Positions 1 to 12,139 of a DNA stretch of 64,000 nt are shown here, piece after piece (the first letter of the stretch is position 1; each line of letters begins with the position of its first letter). The notes under the pieces are model-generated. The model was not told where the DNA came from. It did not search any database and saw only the letters and a list, made by a program, of their open reading frames with translations. Source of the stretch: the human T2T-CHM13v2.0 reference genome, Homo sapiens; assembly GCF_009914755.1 (NCBI RefSeq), contig NC_060928.1. The stretch is one strand, 5' to 3'. Position numbers and translations under genes: made by a program.

Positions 1-120
1 CAAGGTAGATATATGTAAGTACCTTTCAGAATTTTTATCTTAAAGTATATTTCAAATTGCATAAGACTTAGAGAAAATTACTTCTATAATAAATGCTTAC
101 TGCTTGTGAAGTGATGAAGA

Positions 121-504
121 TATTAAAAAAAACCTTTAGGCAAATTAAATTTAGCAGAGTTTAATTGAGTGGAGAACAATTCTCCAATCCAGCAGCCAAG
201 AGAGCCAGAAGAGTTTCAGAGTGACTCTAGGGCCACCACATGGTCAGATCACAGAAAAAGGAAAGTGACATACCAAAAATGGAAGTAAGCTACAGAGACA
301 GCTGGATTGGTTACAGCTCAGCATTTGCCTTTTTCAAACACGATTTCAAGAGTTGCTCACCTGTGATTGGACAAAACTCTATTATAGATACAAGAGTAGG
401 TTACAGCCTATTGACACATCCAATTAGGTTACATTTTACTATATATGGAGAAATTTTTAGGCCACACTTAAATAGGTAGGGAGGAAGCGTTAGACTTAAT
501 TTAA
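121..504 (-). mobile_element. ERV1 solo LTR, MER57-like
   Basis: The reverse complement resembles the remembered MER57 consensus (ttaaattaagtctaacgcttcctcc...gtaacctactcttgt...gagctgtaaccaatccagctgt...ctcaattaaactctgctaaatttaatttgcctaaagg). Confidence 0.65.
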
Positions 505-537
505 GAAAGGCTATTTGAAAATACAGAGTTTACATTT

Positions 538-947
538 TGTTTCAGCCAAGGTTTTCCAGAGAAACAGAACCAATAGGATGTGTGTATACACAGAATAATC
601 TTTATCATAAAAAATTGGCTCATGTAATTATGGAGGGTGATGAGTCTCAAATCTCCTATGTAGGCCACCAGGCTGAAGACCCAGGAGAGCCAATGCTGCA
701 GTTCCAGTCTGAAGGTTGACAAGCAGAGACCAAGAAGAGTTGATGGTGCAGATAAAGTCTGAGAGCATTCTGTTGGAGAATCTCCTCTTGCTCTAGGAAA
801 CCAGTCATTTGTTCTATTCAAATTTTCAACTGATTGGTTGAGGCCCACCCACATTATGGAGGACAGTCTCCTTACTCAAAGTCCATTGAATTATGTTAAC
901 CCTATCCAAAAATACCCTTCAAATTGGTACATAAAATTATCTGTCAC
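538..947 (-). mobile_element. ERVL solo LTR, MLT2 family
   Basis: Antisense MLT2 signature ggttttccagagaaacagaaccaataggatg...aattggctcatgtaattatggagg...gattggttgaggcccacccacattatggagg, ending in tgtcaca. Confidence 0.75.
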
Positions 948-1086
948 ATCCTCAGAATACTGAACCAGATTTGGTTATCAGAATAAATATCTTAACAAAA
1001 ATATTAACATGTTTACCTTAACAGATCATTTCAGCTGTTAATATTTCAGCAACTAAGTCTACATAGCAGATACACTGGCATGTGTC

Positions 1087-1111
1087 GTGTGTGTGTGTGT
1101 GTGTGTGTGTG
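1087..1111. repeat. (GT)n microsatellite
   Basis: Read directly: about 12 GT units. Confidence 0.95.
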
Positions 1112-2489
1112 ATTGTAGATTAACAGTAGATTCTCCAAGGAGTAAGAAAATGAAAAGGAATGAGGATTTTGTTTTAAAGCTTTCTGTTCTGGTTTGATTT
1201 GTATTTTCACAAGGAATATAATCATTTTTAAAAATTAGTGCACAAGTAAAGTTAAAAATAAATGCAATAGTCCTTTAGGAATTGACTCACTACAAAAAAT
1301 AAATTATTATGTATACTATTTTGGAATTTATCTGCAACATCTAAATAGATTTCATTTGATTATCAACTCCAACAAAATACAATTAAGAAAAGTGTGGTGT
1401 GGACAAGGAAATACTATATCTGGAGCCAAAAGCCCTGAAGTTATGCCTGGGTTCAATTATTTTGAAACCATATAAATTCTCTGAACTTCAGGTTTCAAAT
1501 ATGTAGACACAGAAATAATAATTACAACTGATTTGCTACATGATAATCAATAAATTCGTGTTATATTAAACCACTCTGTAAATGGTGAAAACACATATTA
1601 GCTAATTTGGTCCAAGTTTTTTTACCATAATCAACAAAACTAATAAGTAGAGCAGCTAGGAAAAAAATTTAGTTGGCCTAATCTTTTATTTAGTGCTCTT
1701 TTCCAAGTATCACACTGTTCTTGAAGATAAACTATGTCATCTGTCAAATATGCTACCAAATATACTAATTTATTGTTAAGAATCTATACCACTAGCAGCA
1801 GTAGTGGTGGTAGTTGTGTACGTGGTGGTAAGGAAATCCCATTCTACAAAGTGAGAGATGCTACTGTCGGATCTAATACCTAAACACTAGTCTCAACCAA
1901 AATCCATTTTAAAAACAACACATAATACACGCATCCTACTTGAAAGTCATACCTGGGACATTATTTGCTACATGTGCATATGTTGGAGGGTGGGAAATGG
2001 GACAGTTATATCATTCATTAAGCAAGCTGAGAAAACCTGCACTGGAAGTAAGCATCAAACATCTTTAACTCTCCATACACCTGGATTCTGGTGGAGTAAG
2101 ACTGTTTTGGCAGTTTGTTAATGACGAGGTTAAAAATATGCACATAAGGAGAATAAATAAAATGCACCTATATAAGTAAAAAATAGTTTTTGGAAAAGAT
2201 CATAATGTGGCACTCTAGCAATAAAATTGTTATTCCAGAAACTCCAGATTATAGATAATTTCTCTATGAAAAATAAATCTTGAAGGAAACACATGTGCTC
2301 ATTACAGCTTTTAAAATGTCTAAAGCAGTTGGTCATATACTGGGTCTTTACAACCTAAATTAGTTATAACAAGACTAATACATAATAGTATTTTTATTAT
2401 ATCTACAATTTTTATTATATCTACAATTAGTAAAATTGTAGATATAAGAGTCAGGTACATAAATAAAAAGATAACCTGTTTAGTATCTG

Positions 2490-2637
2490 GATGCTTTATG
2501 CTCTCTGTCTGTAAAATAATGATAGTAACTATTTGCCTCATAGCAATATTTTAAGCATTAAGGGAGATAATATATTTAAGCTCTTTAAAGCAATCCCTGA
2601 CACACTCAATAAATATCACCTATTGTTATTACTATTA
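2490..2637 (+). mobile_element. MIR SINE 3' fragment
   Basis: Degenerate MIR core and tail: tctgtaaaataatgatagtaactatttgcctcatag...gagataatatatttaagctctttaaagcaatccctgacacactcaataaatatc...tattattactatt. Confidence 0.55.
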
Positions 2638-4790
2638 TATTTAAACTGATAACAGGGTGTTGTGGTTGAGTCATTTATTTATGCTTCCCAGTCAACATTT
2701 GATAATAATGAGTTAAGCTATTTAACTACCTGTATCTCCTTTAACTCATGAAGATAATACTCTTCCACCATTTCTGAAACAATAGCGCTTGAATAGTGTT
2801 AGAAAAATTATAATTCTTCAGTAAGAAACCAATTAGAACCAATTAATTAATCTATTCTCTAAACAAAGAAAGTAAAATGTTTCAAGGTCTCTATGTTTCA
2901 CTCCAACCACAGCTTTCAAAAACTACACAGTATTCAATGAATTTGTCATTAGGCATTATTTTCATTTTGGGAGGCTTAAAATATGGATAAAAAGAAACAG
3001 TTTTTATAATTGAAATTGTATGTTGTCTTTTCTCCTAAACTTTTAAATAGGGAGAGCTGTACATACATATTTTTGTGTTAACCATAGACTAAAGTTAAAA
3101 ATGTTTTTATCTGGTAAACTATATACCATAGGAGATGAAAATCTATAATAACTAGAAAGTAAAATTCCAAACAGAACAAATGACTATAGGTAAAAGAATT
3201 GCTTGCTATTCTTTATTTTTCTCCTTTTTTGATATAATTTTATCTTGCTTAGCTTTAATATTCTTTTATTTTATATATGTATAAATAAACTCAAATATAG
3301 TCTTGCTGACATGTGTATGGATATACATATATTTATTTATTCAAATACATGTAGCATATGAAAAAACTTAGAATGTTAAAGTACTCTTTAACTTTTTAAC
3401 CCATTCTTCCCACACATACAATGCTACAATATTTTCCAAAATCATAGTTAACAGCTTTCTATATAAACTTCCTGACAAATTTTTGCTAACTGACTCTATT
3501 TGTCTTGTAGGTATTTTCAGCATTTATTTACTTAATGGAACAGCAAACAGAATTTCCCTATGTATTCAGAGGAAAATAAATATGTTGCCTCTAAAGGCAG
3601 ATGCATACTTGACATTGGACAGAGAACACCCCAACCATGCCAACAGAAGCATCCCTGAAAATTAGAAGGACAAAAAGAGTGGGTAGCACAGGTGAGCTTG
3701 CAGCATTATGTGGTTTTCATAATCCATCTGGCATTCTGAGAAAGAGAAAATATAGATTTGGAGCAATTGCATATCAAATTAATCATTACAGTTTGTTATG
3801 AGATTGAGTATCGCATATATCAACTTGTTCCAGTTTTGTAAGCCCCTTAATAGCACTTTTAAATAGAGCAATTAATTTTTTTCTTCATTAACTTTAATTA
3901 TGATTAGAAGCCTAGAAATATTGGAGCAACTTCAAAAAAACAAGCCTGCTTATTAATTGGGTTTTCTCAAGTTCTCACAAATCACAGTGACACCAACAGC
4001 ATCAGTGTGGGGCTCATTAAAAAGAAAAATAAGTAAACCATAGAAATTAGATAAGGTATGTTAGTTTAAGGTTTCAATCATTCATTGCAACAATGAAGCA
4101 AAGGAAAGATAATAGCTGATTATATACTTTCCTACTACTCTTAATATATAATTTTATGTAATGAGATATATTAAGTACAGATCTTGAAGGTATGTTTAAG
4201 TGGCAACCAGAACGTGTTCATAGGGCACACCCTATTAATAACAATGGAATTTCCACAATAATAATGGCAACAAATATGCCACTTTGCTTTTATTAAGTGC
4301 TATAAAATTGACTAACACATTTATATCTCTGTATCAAGAAGATTTTGACTAGTTATTGCGTACAAATATTATTAGACTTAATTTTCTTTTATAGCTCTGA
4401 TTGTTTTCTACTGATGAGTGAAGTAAGCAAATTATAAAGTGACATAGAATTATCTATTCTGAATTAGCAGCATTATTTCTTTGAGAAATCATGTTTGATA
4501 TCAGCATGCATGTGTTACAACAATCAACCTTTTCTGTGAAATTAGGAAACTAAGGTATTTCACTTACGAAATAATAAAATATATTGCATTTTCTATACAT
4601 TGTCTGAAGTTTTCCCATTTAGCTAGTTACATCTGAATTGATCAGAATATTTGGCAAAAAAATAAAAATTACTAGCTTTGAAAAAAAGAGGAAAAGCAGA
4701 GAGGAAATAAATTCATAGAAGAAAAAAATATACATAGTGAATGGTTGTTTGATGATTGTTTATACAAATTTACTATATATAATAACATCT

Positions 4791-5069
4791 TTTTTTCTTT
4801 CTTGAGACGGAGTCTTGCTCTGTTGCCCAGGAGGGAGTACAGTGGCACGATTTCAGCTCACTGCAGCCTCTGCCTCCTGGGTTCAAGTGATTCTCCCACC
4901 TTAGCCTTCTGAGTAGCTGGGACTACAGGCACGCTAATTTTTGTATTTTTAGTAGAGACAGGTTTTTGTCATGTTGGCCAGGCTGCTCTCAAACTCCTGT
5001 TCTCAAGTGATCTCTGCCTGCCTCGGCCTCCCAAAGTTCTGGATGACAGACGTGAGCCACTACCCGGCC
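4791..5069 (-). mobile_element. AluS element with a small internal deletion
   Basis: Poly-T then gagacggagtcttgctc...gtgagccactacccggcc. Imperfect ~19-bp TSD actatatataataacatct (4772-4790) / actacatataataatatct (5071-5089). Confidence 0.95.
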
Positions 5070-5142
5070 AACTACATATAATAATATCTTAATATCTGAA
5101 AAATAACACTTTCATTTAAAAATAGGAAATCAGAATTTTTCC

Positions 5143-5450
5143 TTTTTTCTTTTTTTTTTTTTTTTTTGAGACAGAGTTTCACTCTTATTGCCTGGGCGAA
5201 GTGCAATGGCATGATCTCGGCTCACTGCAACCTCTACCTCCTGAGTTCAAGCGATTCTCCTGCTTTAGCCTCCTGAGTAGCTGGGATTACAGGTGCCCAC
5301 CACCACGCCCAGCTAATTTTTTTGTATTTTTAGTAGAGACAGGGTTTCATCATGTTGGCCAGGCTGTTCTCAAACTCCTGACCTCAGGTGATCCACCCAC
5401 CTCGGCCTCCCAAAGTGCTGAGATTACAGGCCTGAGCCACAGCACCAGGC
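5143..5450 (-). mobile_element. Full-length AluS (Sp/Sq-like)
   Basis: Poly-T tail, gagtttcactctt and gtgcaatgg diagnostics, flanked by an agaatttt(t)cc TSD. Explains ORF 5201-5539. Confidence 0.95.
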
Positions 5451-6789
5451 TAGAATTTTCCAATTTTAAATTACAAGATATAAAATGTGTGGCCCCTTAT
5501 TATTATAATACTAAATATTTTCAAAAGTTCATTATATAGGCAAATACATATTCCATACATTTTGAAATTTAAGAAAATATTGTCTTTCTTATAGTGATAA
5601 ATATATAATTTACTATTATCCCCTCATATTTTCATGTTATAGTAAAATTCAATATAGATTTATAATGGTAGATATGAAATGGTTGGTATAATACAAATGG
5701 TAGGTAGGAAATGGTAGGTATAACATTAAAATTGATCTTTTTTCCTAGTATTTTTTGTTTTTTTTCCTTCAAAACTCTGATTAAGATGGCTTTTTCATCA
5801 AATTGACAAATGTTTTTATTATTTAAAGTGGTGAATAAACTTGATATTGCTTACAAACATAAGCTCTCTAGAACTAGACCTTATACATGACAGTTTCACA
5901 ATTTGATTTTATTGAAATTTAATGGAAATAGTAACAGTAGAATCAGTAATTCTAAATTATTTTTACCTGCCTTGTTTTTATAACTCAACATAGATTTGGG
6001 CCAGGACCAGTAAAAAGAAAAAAAATACTCTCTTGTTCAAAGGCTTTACTAATAACTTCTTAAATTTCAATAATTAACTCTAGACCCATACTCTAATTAT
6101 ATGCACAAGTTCTGAATAATTATGTCAATGTATTAATAGTTAAAACTGTCTTATCTGTAAAAAAGGGAATTTAATAGTATCTTTTTCATAAATAGTACTC
6201 CAATTATTATATGCATAGGTGAATTATTTATAAAAATGTTATACTCTTTTTCATAGGGTGGGCACAATGCATAATCCATCCTTATTCTTCTTAAAGTGAT
6301 AATTTAATTCTTTTCTTTAGCTGTTGTTAAGGAGTGGTAACCGAATTACTCACTCTACCTTGCTCACAATTTATTCTCAATTATGAGTATATTAACATAA
6401 ATGAAATTGCTACTTTATTTTGCCTACATATCCCATTTGAGAGGACCAAAGTCTTCAAGTTTAGGCAAATTTAGCTGTAACATAAAGTATGATTGTTATG
6501 CTCAGTAGAGCATTAAAAAGAGACATACTATTTAAATGTGAAATGCTCAGTGTTCTTTATTCCACACAGAACTTCAAAGAAACGAACACTGATACATAAA
6601 AAATCTAGCAACTGCTAATACAGAAGACATTATTTTCTTTTATCTTCAAAAGGTTGTTATATAGCTAGTTACACAGAACTATAGATTAGTATAAAAAGAA
6701 ATGTTAGACATAAAGATACATTCTATGTTTCTCTGTATTTACTCCATTATAAATATATACATATATGTTTTTAATTTTTAAATATACCT

Positions 6790-7740
6790 TGCCAACACCC
6801 TTCACCTGAATATCCCCAGGAATACATCTCTAGTTGATTAGCTGGGTTGTATGACTCACTATAGTAAGGAAAAACACTCACCATGGGAAGCAATGGGTCT
6901 CAGTAAGAGGTTATTAGAAAGAATCTCATATAGGCCTGGGACTTTGGTTGGGTAATTTTGGGGAAGGCCTAAGGAGCAGGGATTTACTCTAGATCAGGTG
7001 TTGTCAGAAAGTAGGGAGAATTCTATGATTGTTTGTTAATAAATCTTATTAACAGGGAGGGTAGATTAGAGCCTGGATAATGCTGGAATTACTAAAGGAG
7101 CAGTTGTCACTTGATAGGATTTGGATCTGTGTCTCCATCAAATCTCATGTCGAATCATAATCCCCAGTGTTGGAGGTGCAGCCTGGTGGGAGGTGATTGG
7201 ATCATGGAACCAGAGTTCTCTTGAATGGTTTAGTACCATTCCTGCTTGGTACTGTCCTTGTGACAGTGAGTGAGTTCTTGTGAGATCTGCTTGTTTATAA
7301 ATGTGTAGCACCTTCCCCCTCACTCTTTCTCTTGCTCCTGCTCCTGCTGTTTAATACATGTCTGCTCCCACTTCTCCTTCCGCCATGATTGTAAATTTCC
7401 TGAGGCCTCCCGAGAGGCTGAGCAGATGCCAGCATCATGCTTCGTGTACAGCCTGTAGAACCATGAGCCAATTAAACCCACTTTCTTTATATATTACCAA
7501 GTCTCAGGTATTTCTTTATAGCAACGTAAGAACAAACTAATATATCACTCATTTTTTGCTGAGAAATCACTATTGGTATTTTGAGGTTTTCACAGTGGTG
7601 CTGTTTTTGTCTCACTTTACCATGCAGTATTGAGGTTGATGTTACGTAAGATGGTTTATTTCCAACTGGAGAACAACATAGACTAGCAATGAACGTCATA
7701 CCAATTCCTGAATGTCAGCAAAATTCTTTCTTCTGTTTTA
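6790..7740. mobile_element. Probable old ERV LTR-like relic, interrupted by MSTA
   Basis: A more GC-rich, LTR-like segment lies on both sides of the MSTA insertion; family not recognised. Confidence 0.3.
7112..7544 (+). mobile_element. MSTA (MaLR) solo LTR
   Basis: Starts tgataggatttggatctgtgtc and ends aagaacaaactaatata. Exact 5-bp TSD tcact (7107-7111 / 7545-7549). Confidence 0.9.
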
Positions 7741-7964
7741 GCTTAGTATTACCATTCAGAGGTTATTCTGATAGCTAAAAAGATACACAGAAATATAGAT
7801 GAATAGAAAATAGGTGAATGAAAAGACTTATTCTATCTCTTTCTATTATTTATGTATATGTATTTGTAGATATGTGTGTAGCTGTGTATGCAAAATACAT
7901 CTAGTATTGCTAAAACTTTTGCACATAACTATGTGCCCTTTAAACTATGTGTTTAATATCTAAA

Positions 7965-8700
7965 AATTTATTCATATCCATCAAATATTTATTAAATAAT
8001 TACTATGTTCAGGTGCTGGAGGACAGCAGTGGAACAAAATAGGATTTTTCTTTCATAGAGCTCATATTCTAGTTGAGGGAAGAAACACAGACAAATCTAA
8101 AATCCTACAAGGAAATACATAATATTACAGATAATGATAAGTTATATAAAGAAAAAATAAAGAAGAACAAAGAAGAGAAAGGTTCCGGGAAGGAATTAGT
8201 ATGCTATTGTGTCTGGGTGGTCAGGGAAGACCTCATTGCATTATTGCAAGGATCTGAAAGAATTAAGAAAACCAATCACATGGATTTGTGGACAAAATAT
8301 TCCAGGCAACGGGAGCAGCAAATTCAAGTGCCCTTAGAGAGAATGTTCATGTCCTATCAAGCAGCATTGATTACACCAGTAAGGTGTAGGGGGGTGAGAT
8401 AGAAAGACAAAAATAGTGATTAAGTCATTAAGGTAGTGGTCATGTCAGATTTTGTTGGATTTTTCAGTCAATTTTATATCTGGTTGTAATATAATTGGGC
8501 TTAGCTTTTAGAATCATCACTCTGGTGACTAGTAGAGAAAAGAATGTGAGATTTGGTTAAAGATGAAATGAGGAGAATTGTTGAAAGCAATTACAATAAT
8601 CTAGGGTAGAAATATTGTGATGTAGACCAGAGTGGAAGAAGTAGAAGAAGTACAAATGTCGCTTCATTCTGAATCTGTTCCAAGGTAGAATCTTTATGGA
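7965..8700 (-). mobile_element. L2 LINE 3' region
   Basis: Antisense L2 tail attcatatccatcaaatatttattaaataattactatgttcaggtgctg...gagctcatattctagttgaggga, followed by purine-rich L2 sequence. Confidence 0.65.
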
Positions 8701-10004
8701 TGACAAATCTTAGCTCCAGCAGGAACCATAAGGAGGATAGGGAGGCATGGGTCATGAGATCAGATTAAGAAATTTGCAAAAATATGCAGAGACATTTGTC
8801 TAAGAGGTGAGGGTTTACCTGGGTTTCTTGGGATTCTTGTCATTATTGATGTAATTAGGTAAAAGGGTCAGATAGAAATCATTCTCAGTTTCCAGCGCAG
8901 TGTGGTGAGGCTTTAAGGTTGCAAAGGCATAGTGAGCTGAGATTTTCCTCAGATGGTGAAAGCAGAAATATCAAATCAGTCTTCAAAATGTGTAGAGACA
9001 AAGGCAAATACTTATATACAAATATATTCATTTCAATATTTGAATAAGAGCAACCTAAGTCTGAAAAGTTTCTGATAAATTTTGTTATGTAGTTCCATGT
9101 AAAAAGGCATGTTCACATGTATATTTAATTATTATAAAAAGTCAAATGAAAAGGAAAGAGAGAAAAGCCATCTGAAAATTATAGTTAAAATTATGTGTAT
9201 AAAAATGGATGGAAGTGGACCAAATATTAATTTTGGTAATTGTTTGCTGATATAATATTACTAGTTTCATTTTCTTATTTAAAATATGTTTTTTCTATTT
9301 TCTTACAAAGAACTGTATTCTTTGTAAGAAAGAAATTCTTACAAATAATCCTATTGTATTTACAATTAGATAAACTATTGTTAATACACGCTCATTACAT
9401 ATGGAGCAAGTACCTAAACTGTATAAATAATGAATGAATTTTTAGATAGGAAAACAAGTTAGCAGAATAGTAATGATGGAAATAATAGAATGTAGTAGGT
9501 GGAAAATAGACTTTGAGGGAAAATAGTTATTGTAAAGGTAATGTTTGAGGTTTCATTTATCTGTGTATGTTTTCAGCATGTATTCACTGAGCATCCACTG
9601 TGCACTTCTCTTCTAGAAGGGAGGCTACTCTGGAGAATGAGAGAGAAAAGTCCCACATCCTCACAGAGCCTAGTCTTTGGAAACAGGCCCAAAGAATAAA
9701 ACAGATAAACAGAGATAAAACAGCAATAAGTACTACAAAAAATGCAAACAAACAAAAAACCCTAAGCAATGTAATAGATAGCGTCTGGTGGACCAATTTG
9801 ATTAAGTATTTGGGGAAAACCTTCCTTAGGTTGATAGATTGTTGTGAAATTTAAATACTAGGAAAGATTAACTTTTAAAATTTACAATTGTAGTTATGCT
9901 CTCAATTTGACTATCTCAAAACATTATGCTTAAGTAATGTCAATATGAATAAAACAAATTATTGTGTATATTTTTATTTTTGCTATTACATTACATCATG
10001 CAAA

Positions 10005-10387
10005 TAATACCATGGATTGCAATTCAGCCCCAAAACAGAATGAGATAATATCTTTTGCAGGGACATGGATGGAGCTGGAGACCATTACCCTTAGCCAACT
10101 AACACAGGAACAGAAAACCACGTAACTCATGTTCTCACTCATAAGTGGCAGCTAAATGATGAGAACACATGGGCACATAGCGGGGGAATAACACACACTG
10201 GGGCGTTGCAGAGGGTGGAAGGTGGAAGGAGAGAGGGGAGGGAATCAGGAAAAAATAACTAATGGGTACTAGACTTAATACCTGGGTGAGGAAATAATCT
10301 GTACAACACACTCCTGTGATACGGGTTTACCTATGTAACAAAATTGCACTTGTACCCCTGAACTTAAAAAAGTAAAAAAAAAAAAAA
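10005..10387 (+). mobile_element. 5'-truncated L1 3' UTR (older L1PA, about PA13-16)
   Basis: gcagggacatggatggagctggag...atcaggaaaaataactaatgggtactag...tgtacccctgaacttaaaa followed by poly(A). Confidence 0.85.
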
Positions 10388-10619
10388 TCTAATTATATTT
10401 GATACCTATTGGGGAACTGGTTGATTTATAGTTATTTGTTTATATTTTCATTTGGTGAATAGGATGTTTTACTTATTACTTTATCCTTCCTTTTGGTTAC
10501 AGCATTATGCCATTGGATAGTCAGGTAATATATTAACAAAGATTTCTCTCAGCATTTTAGTGATAATTCAGGATTTTTTTTCCTTAACATTGGCTATTAT
10601 TCTTAAAACTCTCAACGCA

Positions 10620-11633
10620 TTCTCGATAGGGTTGCTTGCTTATTTCTTGTAAGTTTGTTAAAGTTCTTTGTAGATTCTGGATATTAGCCCTTTGTCAGAA
10701 GTATACATTGCAAAAATTTCCTCCCATTCTGTTGGTTGCCTGTTCACTCTGATGATAGTTTCTTTTGCGGTGCAAAAAGTGGGCAAAGGATATAAACAGA
10801 CACTTCTCAGAATAAGACATTTATGTGGCCAATAAACATATGAAAAAAAAACTCATCATCACTGGTCATTAGAGAAATGAAAATCAAAACCACAATGAGA
10901 TACCATCTCATGCCAGTTAGAATGGCGATCATTAAAAAGTAAGGCAACAACATTGGCTGGAGAGGATGTGGAGACATAAGAACGCTTTTACATTGTTGAT
11001 GGGAGTGTAAATTAGGTTCAAACATTGTGGAAGACAGTGGGGCAATTCCTCAAGGATCTAAACCAGAAATACCATTTGACCCAACAATCCCATTACTGGG
11101 TATACACCCAAAGGATTATAAATCATTCTACTATAAAGACACAAGCACACGTATGTTTACTGCAGCACTGTTCACAGTTGCAAAGACTTGGAACTAACCC
11201 AAATGCCCATCAAAGATAGACTGGATAAAGAAAATGTGGCACATATACACCATGGAATACTATGCAGCCAGGAAGAAGGATGAGTTCAGGTCCTTTGCAG
11301 GGACATGGATGAAGCTAGAAACCATCATTCTCAGCAAACAAACACAGAAACAGAAAACCAAACACCACATTTTCTCACTCATAAGTGGGAGCTGAACAAT
11401 GAGAACACAAGGACACAGGGAGGGGAACATCACACACTGGGGCCTGTTGGGGAGTGGGGGGTTAGGCGGGGAATAGCATTAGGAGAAATATCTAATGTAG
11501 ATGATGGATTGATAGGTTTAGCAAACCACCATGGCAAATATATACCTATATAACAAACCTTCACATTCTGCACGTATATCCCAAAACTTAAAGTAAAAAA
11601 ATACATAAATAAATAAAATAAAGGTAAAAAAAT
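10620..11633 (+). mobile_element. L1PA7/8-like insertion with 5' inversion (twin priming)
   Basis: Antisense ORF2 piece ~10621-10773 joined to a sense piece from ~10773 through the 3' UTR and A-rich tail. TSD ctctcaac(g/a)ca at 10609-10619 / 11634-11644. Confidence 0.9.
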
Positions 11634-12139
11634 CTCTCAACACAAAGCTAAAGAGTTATACTCATTATAATAAAATCTGAAAAAAATTATTTAAACCAAT
11701 ATCACAAAAACTTGCATTAAAACAGAAGAATCTCGACCTATTTCCATCTGAATTTTTTACACTCAGAAAAACATATTGTTTGTCCTTGGTTTTTCTCTTG
11801 CTTGCCAGATCACAAATATATTTGATTGCTGGAAGATAAAATATGCATATAAATAATTTTCATATATGACTATAATAAACATGTTTATAACACACTTAGT
11901 TTTCTGTTGTACATGATTAATATATATACTTTCATATATATATTTTTTAAGGTAAAACAAAAAAGATAAGCTCTTTCCTCTGATTTATTTGTATGAAATG
12001 ATTTCTTGTATTTGTAATTGTAATTTTAAATATTTGTTTTTATATTACATGAATTTACAACTTACATTTAACAACACAATTATACACTTAATTTTTAAGT
12101 AACACTGCTTATAATTTTTATTATCCTTTTATATATATT

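Noticed and set aside
1390-1570. Possible additional MIR (and weak MLT1-like patches at ~57640-57980 and ~60460-60560)
   Set aside because: Similarity is too weak to call or bound by eye.
2391-2429. 18-bp tandem repeat tttttattatatctacaa x2
   Set aside because: A trivial slippage duplication in AT-rich DNA.
8073-8402. Lysine-rich 109-aa ORF
   Set aside because: It lies in the purine-rich antisense strand of an L2 relic and is a compositional artefact.
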